A stretch of DNA of 64,000 bases, taken from positions 1 to 64,000 of the IMG/VR virus record IMGVR_UViG_3300045988_126851; one strand, 5' to 3'. Position numbers and translations under genes: made by a program. This stretch comes from a virus. The notes below the pieces were generated by a model. That model was given only the letters and a program-made list of their open reading frames with translations, searched no databases and was not told the origin of the DNA. Below are positions 35,859-45,103 of the stretch, piece after piece (position 1 is the stretch's first letter; every line of letters begins with the position of its first letter).

Positions 35859-36245
35859 TTAATCTTCTGATTCTTCTTCGGAGTCTTCCTCTTTCTCCTT
35901 CTTTGATTTGGGAGAAGTGATAACTCCGTGGCCTTTCTTTGATTTAACCGTGAAATTGCCCGGAACAAAAGCCACTGAAGTAGAGATTGCTTTACCATCC
36001 GTAACCAAAACGGAAGTAACTACTACTCCCTGATAGCCTTCTTTATTCTTTACTGCATAGCCGTAATTCATTACCTTGCTATTGTCATTGATAGCAATAA
36101 CATCGATCTGTTTGCTATTCGGACGTTGCTCAGCCGGACGGTTTTTCAAAGCTTCCATTCTTGCCTTACGTTTTGCTTCTTTTTCTGGATCTTTCTCTTT
36201 AGAACCCTTTTTCTTCGGATCTTCTTTCTTTGATTTTGTTGCCAT
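35859..36245 (-). CDS. protein with lysine-rich N terminus and acidic C-terminal tail
   Basis: MATKSKKEDPKKKGSKEKDPEKEAKRKAR... a beta-rich core ...KSKKEKEEDSEEESED. Confidence 0.55.
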   Translation of the reverse strand: MATKSKKEDPKKKGSKEKDPEKEAKRKARMEALKNRPAEQRPNSKQIDVIAINDNSKVMNYGYAVKNKEGYQGVVVTSVLVTDGKAISTSVAFVPGNFTVKSKKGHGVITSPKSKKEKEEDSEEESED

Positions 36246-36297
36246 AATAGGTTTGAAATTATTAGTTAATAATGATAAGTAAAACTTCTACGAAATG

Positions 36298-36336
36298 TAA
36301 TAATTAAAGAGGTAGCAGAAAATACCCACTACCTCT
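36298..36336 (-). terminator. hairpin terminator after 36363..36845
   Basis: agaggtag...ctacctct, followed by a U/A-rich tail. Confidence 0.45.
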
Positions 36337-36362
36337 AAATTTTCTTTTTTCTTTTTTAAGGT

Positions 36363-36845
36363 TTATTTTTTACCTTTCTTACCTTTACCCTTTGCTTCTT
36401 TCTTTGCAGGGAGTTTGAGGCCCAATTCTTTGGCAATTGCCTTACGAAGCTTTTCAATTTCGTCTTCGTCGAAATCATCAGGATCAGTGTCAAGATCTTT
36501 GTCGTCGCAAACTTCTTCCAATTCTTCGAAGTCCATTTCAGCAAGAGCCTCACCGGTCAAATCTTCGTCTTCTTCCTCCTCTTCCTCTTCTTCGTCTTCT
36601 TCGTCTTCTTCCTCCTCTTCGTCTTCTTCCTCCTCTTCGTCTTCTTCGTCTTCTTCCTCTTCTTCGTCTTCTTCGTCTTCTTCCTCTTCCTCAGAACCGA
36701 AAAGGTCTTCTGCTTCCTCGGCAGTCAAGGCAATCGGAGCCGGAGTGATTTTGATTGAGCCATCTTCGTACTTGATAATAATTGTACCATTTACTTCTGT
36801 TCTAGAAACTTCTTTCAGTTCTACTTCTTTTTTCTTCTTAGCCAT
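36363..36845 (-). CDS. poly-Glu/Asp protein (44-residue uninterrupted acidic tract)
   Basis: Residues 52-95 are exclusively E or D. The termini are lysine-rich. Confidence 0.6.
   Translation of the reverse strand: MAKKKKEVELKEVSRTEVNGTIIIKYEDGSIKITPAPIALTAEEAEDLFGSEEEEEDEEDEEEEEDEEDEEEEEDEEEEEDEEDEEEEEEEEDEDLTGEALAEMDFEELEEVCDDKDLDTDPDDFDEDEIEKLRKAIAKELGLKLPAKKEAKGKGKKGKK
36561..36692 (-). repeat. GAA/GAG/GAC trinucleotide repeat tract
   Basis: 132 nt of (ctt/ctc/gtc)n on the plus strand, with recurring 18-nt units cttcgtcttcttcctcct. Confidence 0.9.
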
Positions 36846-36881
36846 TTTCGTAATGTTTAAGTTGGTTAATAATATAATTAA

Positions 36882-37121
36882 TTAAACTGTGATTAATCGT
36901 TTCCGTTTTATAAGCTTAACATACCCAGAGTTTAATAATTCCTCCTGAGCAGTATTAAATTGTGTTATATCTTCAAGAACTGTATTTAACTGTTCTTTAG
37001 AAGTGATATTTACTTCTTGACTACTAAGAATTTTATCTCCTTGATAAGTAGCTATCTTAAAGACTTTTCCTTGATAAGGGTCAAAATCCTTTCTCTTAAA
37101 AATTTGAGGTATATCATTCAT
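36882..37121 (-). CDS. small hypothetical protein
   Basis: 79-aa ORF. Confidence 0.45.
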   Translation of the reverse strand: MNDIPQIFKRKDFDPYQGKVFKIATYQGDKILSSQEVNITSKEQLNTVLEDITQFNTAQEELLNSGYVKLIKRKRLITV

Positions 37122-37668
37122 AGCTATATTTAATTTTAGTTATTCCGGGAATACCAACCTTTCCGAAGCATTCGGTATAAAATTTGTATTTCCCTTTTTT
37201 CATTGTTTTATAGTTATCAGCTAATCGAATTGGGTAGACCCATATTTGATTTTCTATCATCCGATTGGTCATTATATAAGCATAAGCCTTTCGAATTTTA
37301 ACTTTTTCTAAAGATACAAAGCCTTGAAATAAAAGAGCTTTCTTAAGAAACCTTTCTTTTGGAAGATACCCCACAAATTTAGTATTTGCCTTATCGAATA
37401 AATCTAATAGATCCCTCTGGGCTTTTATGAAAAGTATCTTTTGCATCTTTACCCTCCCTTGGTAGTATTTCCATAAGAAAAGGGCTAATGACCCAATTAA
37501 GGGAGGGTAATTAAGAAAGTTCCGATCAAATTCTACTTTCTCATTTTGAGGTAATCTATTGTAGATTCTGTAAGATAGAATTACGGACCTGTATTCTCTT
37601 TCGTTTAATTGCTTGGGCAGAGATCCCTTGCCGTTGTCCATATAATTTTCTCGCATACCTTTTATCAA
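37114..37668 (-). CDS. hypothetical protein (start uncertain)
   Basis: 184-aa ORF. As listed it overlaps the upstream ORF by 113 nt, and the next in-frame Met after the overlap is M75. Confidence 0.4.
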   Translation of the reverse strand: MIKGMRENYMDNGKGSLPKQLNEREYRSVILSYRIYNRLPQNEKVEFDRNFLNYPPLIGSLALFLWKYYQGRVKMQKILFIKAQRDLLDLFDKANTKFVGYLPKERFLKKALLFQGFVSLEKVKIRKAYAYIMTNRMIENQIWVYPIRLADNYKTMKKGKYKFYTECFGKVGIPGITKIKYSYE

Positions 37669-38095
37669 ATTCTTGTTTACCCTTAGAATGAAAAACTCTG
37701 TGCATCTGTATCATGAATCGTCTTCTTCTATGTTTATCAACCCTATATTCGTCTGGTATAATAAACTTCCTAGCTTTTACTAATTTACCCTTAAAGTAAA
37801 ATTTTGTAGTTCCTTTAAAGTGATTCTTCCCATTCATATCTTGGGCTTTCTTAATGCCTTGCCTTAGGAGTTTCCTACCTGAGATAATATGAATATATTG
37901 AAGAACATCTACTCCATAAAGGTAAATCAGAGTTCTCTTTATATGGGATCTAGTAAAATAGGGGATAGAAGTAAGATGCTTCCGATATAATTTCTTTTCG
38001 GTTATATATTTATTGGTAGTATCTGGTCTCCAAGTCCAAAAATAATACCGATCGGGTTTTATCTCTTCCCTACTACTTTCCTTTATCTTTACCAT
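37556..38095 (-). CDS. basic hypothetical protein
   Basis: 179-aa K/R-rich ORF. Confidence 0.45.
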   Translation of the reverse strand: MVKIKESSREEIKPDRYYFWTWRPDTTNKYITEKKLYRKHLTSIPYFTRSHIKRTLIYLYGVDVLQYIHIISGRKLLRQGIKKAQDMNGKNHFKGTTKFYFKGKLVKARKFIIPDEYRVDKHRRRRFMIQMHRVFHSKGKQEFDKRYARKLYGQRQGISAQAIKRKRIQVRNSILQNLQ

Positions 38096-38648
38096 TCAAT
38101 TTCCTTTTTGCAGTACGGTACCAAAGATTTATGGATTTCTCGTTTGCTTCTGGGAATTTCTTTTTCATTCTTCGAATTATTCTCTCTAATTCGTACCCCT
38201 TTGAAGTTAATTCCCATACGTAGGATTTTTTAGTACCCTTTATGAGGTTAAATTCATCCCTTTCTCTGGGGGGTTTCTTTTCTCTGGGTTTCTTTATTCC
38301 AGATACTCTTCTTGTTTTTCTTTTTCCATCTTCTCCTTCTTCTCCCAAAAAGCCAAGTCTTAATTTTGAACTTCTTAAGGGATCATCTTTTGCTAATCCT
38401 GCAGTTTCTAGTTGCCTATCCATCCAATCATCGTATTCATTAATAAGATGTTTGTTTGGTTTCTCTTCTGAAGTATTTATCCAATTGATCAATTGGAATA
38501 CTGAAGCAGAACAAGCATCCGGGAAGGGCATTCCCAATATAACTGCCTTTCTTTTTAAGTCCCGATAGGTTTGATTCCTACCTGCAGCTCCGAGAAAATT
38601 AGATTTCTCTTTAGAGGGAACAAGTTTATCTTTTTTCTTCTTTACCAT
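38073..38648 (-). CDS. basic hypothetical protein
   Basis: 191-aa ORF with the promoter box 28 nt upstream. Confidence 0.5.
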   Translation of the reverse strand: MVKKKKDKLVPSKEKSNFLGAAGRNQTYRDLKRKAVILGMPFPDACSASVFQLINWINTSEEKPNKHLINEYDDWMDRQLETAGLAKDDPLRSSKLRLGFLGEEGEDGKRKTRRVSGIKKPREKKPPRERDEFNLIKGTKKSYVWELTSKGYELERIIRRMKKKFPEANEKSINLWYRTAKRKLNGKDKGK

Positions 38649-38676
38649 ACTTTAAAAGTGTTTTAAATTTTTTCGA

Positions 38677-38688
38677 TATGCAAATATA
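38677..38688 (-). promoter_or_regulatory. TATATTTGCATA promoter box
   Basis: Exact 12-mer. Confidence 0.55.
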
Positions 38689-38720
38689 TAAAGACTAATT
38701 CAAATATAAAATTAATATCA

Positions 38721-39698
38721 TTATTTTTTATATAATAGCTGGGGATTCACTCGTTCGGTACCAGTTGATTTGGGTTTTCGTGGTTTTCTGGTTTTATGAA
38801 CATTATAGGCAACATCCATTACCTTTACGTTAAAGTCAATATTATTTACCTGGTTATAATTAACTGCCTTTTGAACACAGTAACGATATTCTGGCCAAAA
38901 CTTTTGCCCTAATTTCACATCTCCAGTTTTATCCATGAATTTAGATACCATAAAACCAAAAGTATCCGCATCATCTTTTTCTTCAAATACATACATGTAA
39001 AATCTACTAAACTCTTTTACTACTTCCTCTAAAGGCCTTACTGGGAGTAAGAGATAACCATCCGTATATAATTCCTGAGATATTAAGCATACCCAGTATT
39101 TCTTCTTTCCAGGTTTTACTTTATATCGGAATCTTTCTTTTACTTTAGTGTGCATCCATTCTGGTACTCTATTTAAAAGGTATCTGATATAGATCTTATC
39201 CTTTTTATTCAATCTCCTTTTGAATGCAGATGGCTGTTGTAGCATTCTTGGAAGAATACGAGAATTATTCCATCTATCATATTCAAAGATTAACTTAACA
39301 GTATCCTGATCCCAGGGGTCTTCTGATTCTCTTAACCTTTTCATATTCCTCATTATATTATGAGCATTCACCTTGGGCAATATCTGAGCAGCATCACCAG
39401 AATATAAAGCCGCTTCTCTTCTCTTTAATCTCTTTTCTAGGCATCCCTCTATATAATCTTGAAAATTCCTTTCACATGGGCAATCTGGTCTGAATATAGA
39501 AGTCCTTTTCTCAAAAAAATCCGAGAAAAGCCTAAAGAACTTCTCAGACCTTTCTCGGATTTCAAGATACTTATAATGAGACAACTTTAAAATCTCACCC
39601 GCTTCCCAAGATGACTTATTTTCGGATAATTGAAGGAACAGAGATTGTTGTTCTTTTTGGGTTAAACAGTCCCATGCTTTCTTTTGAAATTCATTCAT
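38721..39698 (-). CDS. protein with N-terminal sigma-region-4/LuxR-like HTH
   Basis: LTQKEQQSLFLQLSENKSSWEAGEILKLSHYKYLEIRERS resembles LT.kE..vl.l...g.s..EIa..l.iS..tV. The rest of the protein is unrecognised. Confidence 0.4.
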   Translation of the reverse strand: MNEFQKKAWDCLTQKEQQSLFLQLSENKSSWEAGEILKLSHYKYLEIRERSEKFFRLFSDFFEKRTSIFRPDCPCERNFQDYIEGCLEKRLKRREAALYSGDAAQILPKVNAHNIMRNMKRLRESEDPWDQDTVKLIFEYDRWNNSRILPRMLQQPSAFKRRLNKKDKIYIRYLLNRVPEWMHTKVKERFRYKVKPGKKKYWVCLISQELYTDGYLLLPVRPLEEVVKEFSRFYMYVFEEKDDADTFGFMVSKFMDKTGDVKLGQKFWPEYRYCVQKAVNYNQVNNIDFNVKVMDVAYNVHKTRKPRKPKSTGTERVNPQLLYKK

Positions 39699-39699
39699 A

Positions 39700-40416
39700 T
39701 CAATTTCTCCTATATGCCATTATGTTATCAATTGCTTCTGAGGTAATTTTATTAGGATCAAATTCTTGCTGATTAGCATAGAGTTTATCTGGATCACAGT
39801 TTTGATATACTGAGTACAGAACATTATCAAAGGGTAATTTCAATTCCATCTTACCACATTCGGGATATAACAATAGCTTCACTAACTTATTATTATAATC
39901 TACATCTACCACAGTAGCATCCACTCCCTCATAGGGGTATCCCTTTAATACTAAGTAATCTCCAGGATGAATATTCATCATATCCTCAACGGAGTATTTC
40001 TTATTCTCTCTTGCTAATTTCTTAAATCTTCTAACATCCTTTCTTGAACAAGTAGCTACTAAAGAGAAATCATCGAAATCCTCTGAGTTATCTATCCTAA
40101 CTTTTTTCTTTCTTGGATGTAAAGTCTCTGTAGCTTTTAACCAAGTCCTTATACCAGAAATATTTCTCTTTAGTTTATTAAGAAAGGGTCTAGAATAAGC
40201 AAACTCACTGGGCATTTTAATGAAGCCATAGTTGAATAAAATAGGTATTTCTTCGAATTGCATCTTGCCTTTGTGAGTTTTCTTTAATACATTTACCATT
40301 GGAATAATGGCTTTTATATTTTTATACCCCTTCTCTTTCAATTCTTCATTGATCCGAGAGCAGTATTTCTTCTCAATATAAAATATACAGTATACATAAG
40401 GGGTATGTTTTTTCAT
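39700..40416 (-). CDS. NusG/UpxY-like transcription elongation factor
   Basis: NGN-like N terminus (YCIFYIEKKY...INEELKEKGYKNIKAIIPMVNV...EEIPILFNYGFIKMP) and a KOW-like C-terminal motif (GDYLVLKGYPYEGVDATVVDVDYNNKLVKLLL). Confidence 0.5.
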   Translation of the reverse strand: MKKHTPYVYCIFYIEKKYCSRINEELKEKGYKNIKAIIPMVNVLKKTHKGKMQFEEIPILFNYGFIKMPSEFAYSRPFLNKLKRNISGIRTWLKATETLHPRKKKVRIDNSEDFDDFSLVATCSRKDVRRFKKLARENKKYSVEDMMNIHPGDYLVLKGYPYEGVDATVVDVDYNNKLVKLLLYPECGKMELKLPFDNVLYSVYQNCDPDKLYANQQEFDPNKITSEAIDNIMAYRRN

Positions 40417-40418
40417 AT

Positions 40419-40952
40419 TTAAGAGTTTTTAAGGATTAACTTAGCTTGTTTATGTACTAACTTATAGTTTACATTCTTCAATATATCACTAGCCATGAAT
40501 ACATAAAGAATTTCACCTATCTTTGGTACATCAATCACCATAATGGAGGCCTTATCGAATAGAGGTTTATAAAATACGGATGATAAATTCTTTCCCACTA
40601 CAAAGAAAAATTCTTCTGAAGGCATTGAGTTATATCTCATACATAATATAGGAACTTTATTTGCCCTTTTAGCATCTTTAGAAGCTTGTTCCCAAAATTT
40701 CAATATATCGCATCCCTTATTACCTAAGAGAATATGTTCGAATTTAATCTCTTTGTAGTTTTTACATTCTACGGATATTTTACATCTGTGGGCATGTCTC
40801 TCATCCTGACACATAATATCCGAAGACAAATCCCTACTCTGATGATTTGCACCAGAGTAAGGTGTTCTGCCGAATTTGAAAGAAGTCCATTGAGTAAACC
40901 ATTTTGAGACCCTGAGTTCAAACCTAGACCCCTTTTTCTTACTATTTGCCAT
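40419..40952 (-). CDS. PD-(D/E)XK nuclease (Holliday-junction-resolvase-like)
   Basis: GSRFELRV ... DIMC ... SVECKNYK gives the E / D / ExK arrangement. Confidence 0.5.
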   Translation of the reverse strand: MANSKKKGSRFELRVSKWFTQWTSFKFGRTPYSGANHQSRDLSSDIMCQDERHAHRCKISVECKNYKEIKFEHILLGNKGCDILKFWEQASKDAKRANKVPILCMRYNSMPSEEFFFVVGKNLSSVFYKPLFDKASIMVIDVPKIGEILYVFMASDILKNVNYKLVHKQAKLILKNS

Positions 40953-40991
40953 AAGTCATTGTCTTGTTTTAAAGATTATAATTATATATCC

Positions 40992-42704
40992 TTATAGTAA
41001 TTGATACCTACTTAGGCCATTGACTTTTTCAACTTGCAGAATTTTAGTATTACTCAAAGGCAATGAATCATGGTGTGTGATTAAGAAAAGGGTTTTATCT
41101 GAAAAGGCATGTCGTATAAGAGAAATTACTACTTCTATATTATCCGAGCTGAGTGATTCGAATACTTCATCAAGGAAAGCAAGGTTAATACCCTTAGAGG
41201 CAGTAAGAGCTTCATTCATAGCAAAAGCCATTGCTATATTACAAATTTGTTTTTCTCCGCCTGATAGTTCATCATAATCGATTATTTGCCCATCTCTTTC
41301 TATTAAAGTAACAAAATCTTTTCTAGCAGTACCCAGATCAATAGTAAACTCTATCCTAAATCCTAATACCTGAGTATATTTCTCTAAAGTAGAATTTAAC
41401 CTATCCAACGAAGAATCAAATAGATAAGCTTTTATACCATTATTACCAAGAGGGTCATCTATCAACCAATTATAATTCTCTAACTCTAATTCTTTGTTGT
41501 GAAAATCCTCATCAACTTTACGTAGTTTTTTCCTAATCTCTTTAAGCTTTTGTTTATATTTGGGGGACATGACCTTAAGCTTTTCCCGTTTGAGCTTATC
41601 CAAATCTTCATCAATAGAAGCGATGTCAGAAGCAATATCATCACAATCTGATTTTAATTTCTTATACTTATCATTTACATTACTAAGTTTTTCTAATCTT
41701 CCTAAAGCCTCTTGATATTCTTTATCATATTTATCCAGATCAGAGAATGCCTTATATATTGATTTAGCATCTCGTAATGCACGTTTGTAGTGACCAGATT
41801 CTAACTGTATTACTAACTCTTTGATTACCTTTTTGAGTGGTACATTAGATAAATTCTTGGCCTCTTTTATTTTACCTCTCAGATCAAGGATCAGATTGTT
41901 TTGCCTTTTAATTTTAACTTGAAGAGAAGTATCTACCTCATCCTTAATCTGTTTCTTTTTTTCGATTAAGAGTTTAGTTAACTTCTCTCTATCTTGCTTA
42001 AGTTCCCTTTTCTCTTCTTTTATTTTTTGCTTGAAGGATTTCTCTCTATCTCTTAAATCGAAGTAAGCTTCCCTATTAGTGTCTAGTTCTCTCTTAAGTA
42101 ACTCGGATTGATGCTTTACTTCATTTACCTTTGCTATTAAGTTATTTTTATCTTGCTGGGCAATTCCTTTTGCAAGGTTTAAGAACTCTAAATCGAATAC
42201 TTCCTCGAATATCTTTTTCTTATCAGAATTCGACTCTTGTATTAATCGTTTAATACCCTGACCAAACATTATAGAGTTCATGAATAGAGTGTAAGATAAT
42301 CCTACTTCTTTACAAATTTCATCCTGGATTTGATTCTTGCCCTTTACACTTACTAACTCATTATCTTTTAGGAATATAAGCCTATCGTTCCCCTTTGCTC
42401 CATCATCAAGGATTCCCTTATATTTCTGACATCGAATTATTTTGAATAAATGGGAATCTTTCTGAAAATAGAGTTCTACCAGGGTTCCCAGATAACCTTT
42501 AGGTCTAACTGATTCCCAAGTATTCACATTGGACACTCCCTTTAGGTTTTTACCATATAATGCCCATACTAATGAGGATAAGATAGAACTTTTCCCTTTG
42601 CCATTAGTTGCTTTAATTAATACTGTACAGTTAGTATTCAGCTGTAAGTGTAAATTTTCAATTGAACAAAACCCTATGGCATTTAATGTAGTGAATGTTA
42701 ACAT
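40992..42704 (-). CDS. sbcC: SbcC/Rad50-like ATPase (T4 gp46-like)
   Basis: Walker A ATNGKGKSS, a long central coiled coil, the ABC signature LSGGEKQ and Walker B LAFLDEVFESL. Confidence 0.85.
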   Translation of the reverse strand: MLTFTTLNAIGFCSIENLHLQLNTNCTVLIKATNGKGKSSILSSLVWALYGKNLKGVSNVNTWESVRPKGYLGTLVELYFQKDSHLFKIIRCQKYKGILDDGAKGNDRLIFLKDNELVSVKGKNQIQDEICKEVGLSYTLFMNSIMFGQGIKRLIQESNSDKKKIFEEVFDLEFLNLAKGIAQQDKNNLIAKVNEVKHQSELLKRELDTNREAYFDLRDREKSFKQKIKEEKRELKQDREKLTKLLIEKKKQIKDEVDTSLQVKIKRQNNLILDLRGKIKEAKNLSNVPLKKVIKELVIQLESGHYKRALRDAKSIYKAFSDLDKYDKEYQEALGRLEKLSNVNDKYKKLKSDCDDIASDIASIDEDLDKLKREKLKVMSPKYKQKLKEIRKKLRKVDEDFHNKELELENYNWLIDDPLGNNGIKAYLFDSSLDRLNSTLEKYTQVLGFRIEFTIDLGTARKDFVTLIERDGQIIDYDELSGGEKQICNIAMAFAMNEALTASKGINLAFLDEVFESLSSDNIEVVISLIRHAFSDKTLFLITHHDSLPLSNTKILQVEKVNGLSRYQLL

Positions 42705-43669
42705 GATTCGGCCTTTTTTAATGTTTCAATTAGTAGCTTAGTTTTAACCTCATCCTTAATACCTTTTTCTTTTAGGTACCTTTTTGCTAGTACTTTTTTA
42801 GATAATTGCTTAGTTATTTGATGGTTAGTATTTACGGGTATACTAGATTTTTTAGGTAATACCATATAATAATTGCCATCATCTTTAATCTCATCTTCAG
42901 ATCCTACATCAACAAATTTCGGAAACCCCTTTAATTCTACAAACTTCATAGAAAGATCAGAATAAAGTTTCCAGTATCCAAGTTTACAATCTTTATCAGT
43001 TCTCCTTTGTTGTAAAGGAGCCCCAATCATATAAACCTTCTTTGATAACCTTTGGGGTTTATGTATATGGCCACATAATACTAAATCAAATTTATTCAGG
43101 ATATTCACATTCAGATTTTCTACTGAATTTATTTCTCTCCCATCCGTATCCTTAGCACCAGGATAATCAGTGTGTAGTAAAAGAATATTCTTTTTATGTT
43201 TATCTAATTCAATCTTCTTTAGATGATCACTTAAACCGATATTATTATCTATATAGGGTAAACCATATACCATAATATCCCTATGAGTTAGAGATAAGGG
43301 TGTTTTCCCATAATCTAGTATCTTTAACCCATACCTTTCTACTAAATAAAGCCAACTAAAAGGTGGCATACCAATCTTACTTACTTTCTTGATATCATGA
43401 TTCCCGGAGATAGCTAAAATATTCAGATTACCCAGTTTATTAAATTCCCTGTAACATATCTCATATAATTCTTGATCCATAGATTCTGCCCTATGAAATA
43501 GATCTCCACAAAATAAAGCTGGGCAATTATACTTCTTACATAAACCCTGTATAGTCGACAAAACCCTGAAATGATTCAGGGTTCTTTCATTATCCTCATT
43601 AAATTTAGCATAGATATTCAAATGCAAATCTGAGAATACTATTGCTATTACTTGTTTCTGTTTCTCCAT
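42698..43669 (-). CDS. sbcD: SbcD/Mre11-like nuclease (T4 gp47-like)
   Basis: Calcineurin-like phosphoesterase motifs SDLHL, GDLFH, GNHD and GHIH. Confidence 0.85.
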   Translation of the reverse strand: MEKQKQVIAIVFSDLHLNIYAKFNEDNERTLNHFRVLSTIQGLCKKYNCPALFCGDLFHRAESMDQELYEICYREFNKLGNLNILAISGNHDIKKVSKIGMPPFSWLYLVERYGLKILDYGKTPLSLTHRDIMVYGLPYIDNNIGLSDHLKKIELDKHKKNILLLHTDYPGAKDTDGREINSVENLNVNILNKFDLVLCGHIHKPQRLSKKVYMIGAPLQQRRTDKDCKLGYWKLYSDLSMKFVELKGFPKFVDVGSEDEIKDDGNYYMVLPKKSSIPVNTNHQITKQLSKKVLAKRYLKEKGIKDEVKTKLLIETLKKAESC

Positions 43670-44241
43670 ACCATATTAATATGATAATCGATTTGTTCTT
43701 TTCTTTCTTCCAAATCCAAACTTGATAGACATACAGTAGGTACTTCCCAATTTGCAAGCAATTCACTCATAAGGGAAGATATTTGAATCTGGAAGTACCT
43801 GTTGAGTATTCTTTTACCATTCTCTTCTATATTCCAACCTCTATAGTTCTCTAGATTCAAAGGGAGAAATATAGCTAGATCACATTGCATTTCCATTAAT
43901 GTTTGACATTGACAGAAAAAGTGTTCCATCTCACATTCGGGGAGAGATTTCGATTGTTTATACCAAAAATAGGCAGCTAAATCGATATAACTTCTATCAG
44001 TAACAAATTCCTCTTTATCCTTGAATAATTTGTTCCTCAAATTCAATAATTGAAAATCAGATTTATACAGAGCTTCTGATCCCAAAGATAATATCTCTAT
44101 ATGGGATAAATCTCTAGTAGCAGGTAATAGATCTGTCATACTACCAGAAATAAAGGGTAATCCATATTTCTCAGATATATACTTTGCTAAAGTTGTTTTG
44201 CCAATTCCTGATGGGCCTACAAACATAATTCTTTTACTCAT
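43648..44241 (-). CDS. P-loop (deoxy)nucleoside monophosphate kinase-like protein
   Basis: FVGPSGIGKTTLAKYISEKYGLPF P-loop, 197 aa. Confidence 0.5.
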   Translation of the reverse strand: MSKRIMFVGPSGIGKTTLAKYISEKYGLPFISGSMTDLLPATRDLSHIEILSLGSEALYKSDFQLLNLRNKLFKDKEEFVTDRSYIDLAAYFWYKQSKSLPECEMEHFFCQCQTLMEMQCDLAIFLPLNLENYRGWNIEENGKRILNRYFQIQISSLMSELLANWEVPTVCLSSLDLEERKEQIDYHINMVWRNRNK

Positions 44242-45103
44242 GGTGTAATTCTTTAAAAGGTTGAATAAATTGGTCAGTTAAGAATGAAGATAAAGAGTAT
44301 TCTATACATACCTTTTTAAACTTATCATACTTAAACTTCTTCTTTGATTTAAGAGGTAATTTCTCTAAGGGATTATGTCTTACAAACCAGAATAGATCAA
44401 TCAATTGTTCATTCCTTTTCCATATTTGAAGATATTCTTTGTTCTTACTCTGGGCAATAAACTTCTCAATTCTACCCTCATCAAGGATTTTCCTTGCTTT
44501 TACTGGGCCTATACCCGGGAACCCTGGTATATCATCGGAAGTATCTCCAACCATTGCAAGGTACTCTACCGTTTCATGAGAATGATAACCGAATAATTCT
44601 TTGCAGTTATCCATTCTTATCATCTCATCTTTTCTGGGATTATATATCCTCAGGTTATTTGATAGCAACTGGTTAAAGTCTTTATCCGATGATATAAGTA
44701 TCATTTTCTCAAATTGGAATTTTTTAATTGCAAGGTATGCTAAGAAGTCATCCCCTTCATATACTGTAGATTTCTTTTTATCGAAGATATAATTAATTCT
44801 TAGCATACCCAGCATTTTCATTATAATTGCCTTTTGCTTTTGCAATGATTCGTAATCTACAGATATATTTTTTCTATGTCCCTTGTAATTGGGCAATAAC
44901 TTCGTCCTTACTGGTGAATGACCATTATCGAATGAAATATAAACCTCATCTGGTTCGAACCTTGTAAGATACATATGTAGAGATTTGAAAAATCCGAATA
45001 TTGCCCCACTCGGTTTGCCATCGGTAGATTTAAGTTTTTCGAACTTATGGAAACTAGCGTGTAGTAGATTTTCCCCATCCACTAAAAGTATTAGTTTTTT
45101 CAT
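44234..45103 (-). CDS. 5'-3' flap endonuclease / RNase H (FEN family)
   Basis: PIN-like N terminus LLVDGENLLH and the H3TH motif VGDTSDDIPGFPGIGPVKARKIL. Confidence 0.8.
   Translation of the reverse strand: MKKLILLVDGENLLHASFHKFEKLKSTDGKPSGAIFGFFKSLHMYLTRFEPDEVYISFDNGHSPVRTKLLPNYKGHRKNISVDYESLQKQKAIIMKMLGMLRINYIFDKKKSTVYEGDDFLAYLAIKKFQFEKMILISSDKDFNQLLSNNLRIYNPRKDEMIRMDNCKELFGYHSHETVEYLAMVGDTSDDIPGFPGIGPVKARKILDEGRIEKFIAQSKNKEYLQIWKRNEQLIDLFWFVRHNPLEKLPLKSKKKFKYDKFKKVCIEYSLSSFLTDQFIQPFKELHHE

Noticed and set aside
36415-36885. Plus-strand ORFs encoding poly-Ser and Leu/Pro/Arg repeats (36415..36885, 36437..36748)
   Set aside because: They are antisense read-through of the GAA/GAC repeat of the acidic protein gene. 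The minus-strand ORF has a start context, a terminator and matches the orientation of its operon.
31936-38568. Antisense ORFs opposite the lysine-rich genes (31936..32280, 34570..34833, 34850..35059, 36076..36282, 38242..38568) and the nested same-strand ORF 34551..34736
   Set aside because: They are mirror-frame artefacts of AAG/AAA/GAA-rich coding sequence, producing Phe/Leu/Ser-rich low-complexity translations.
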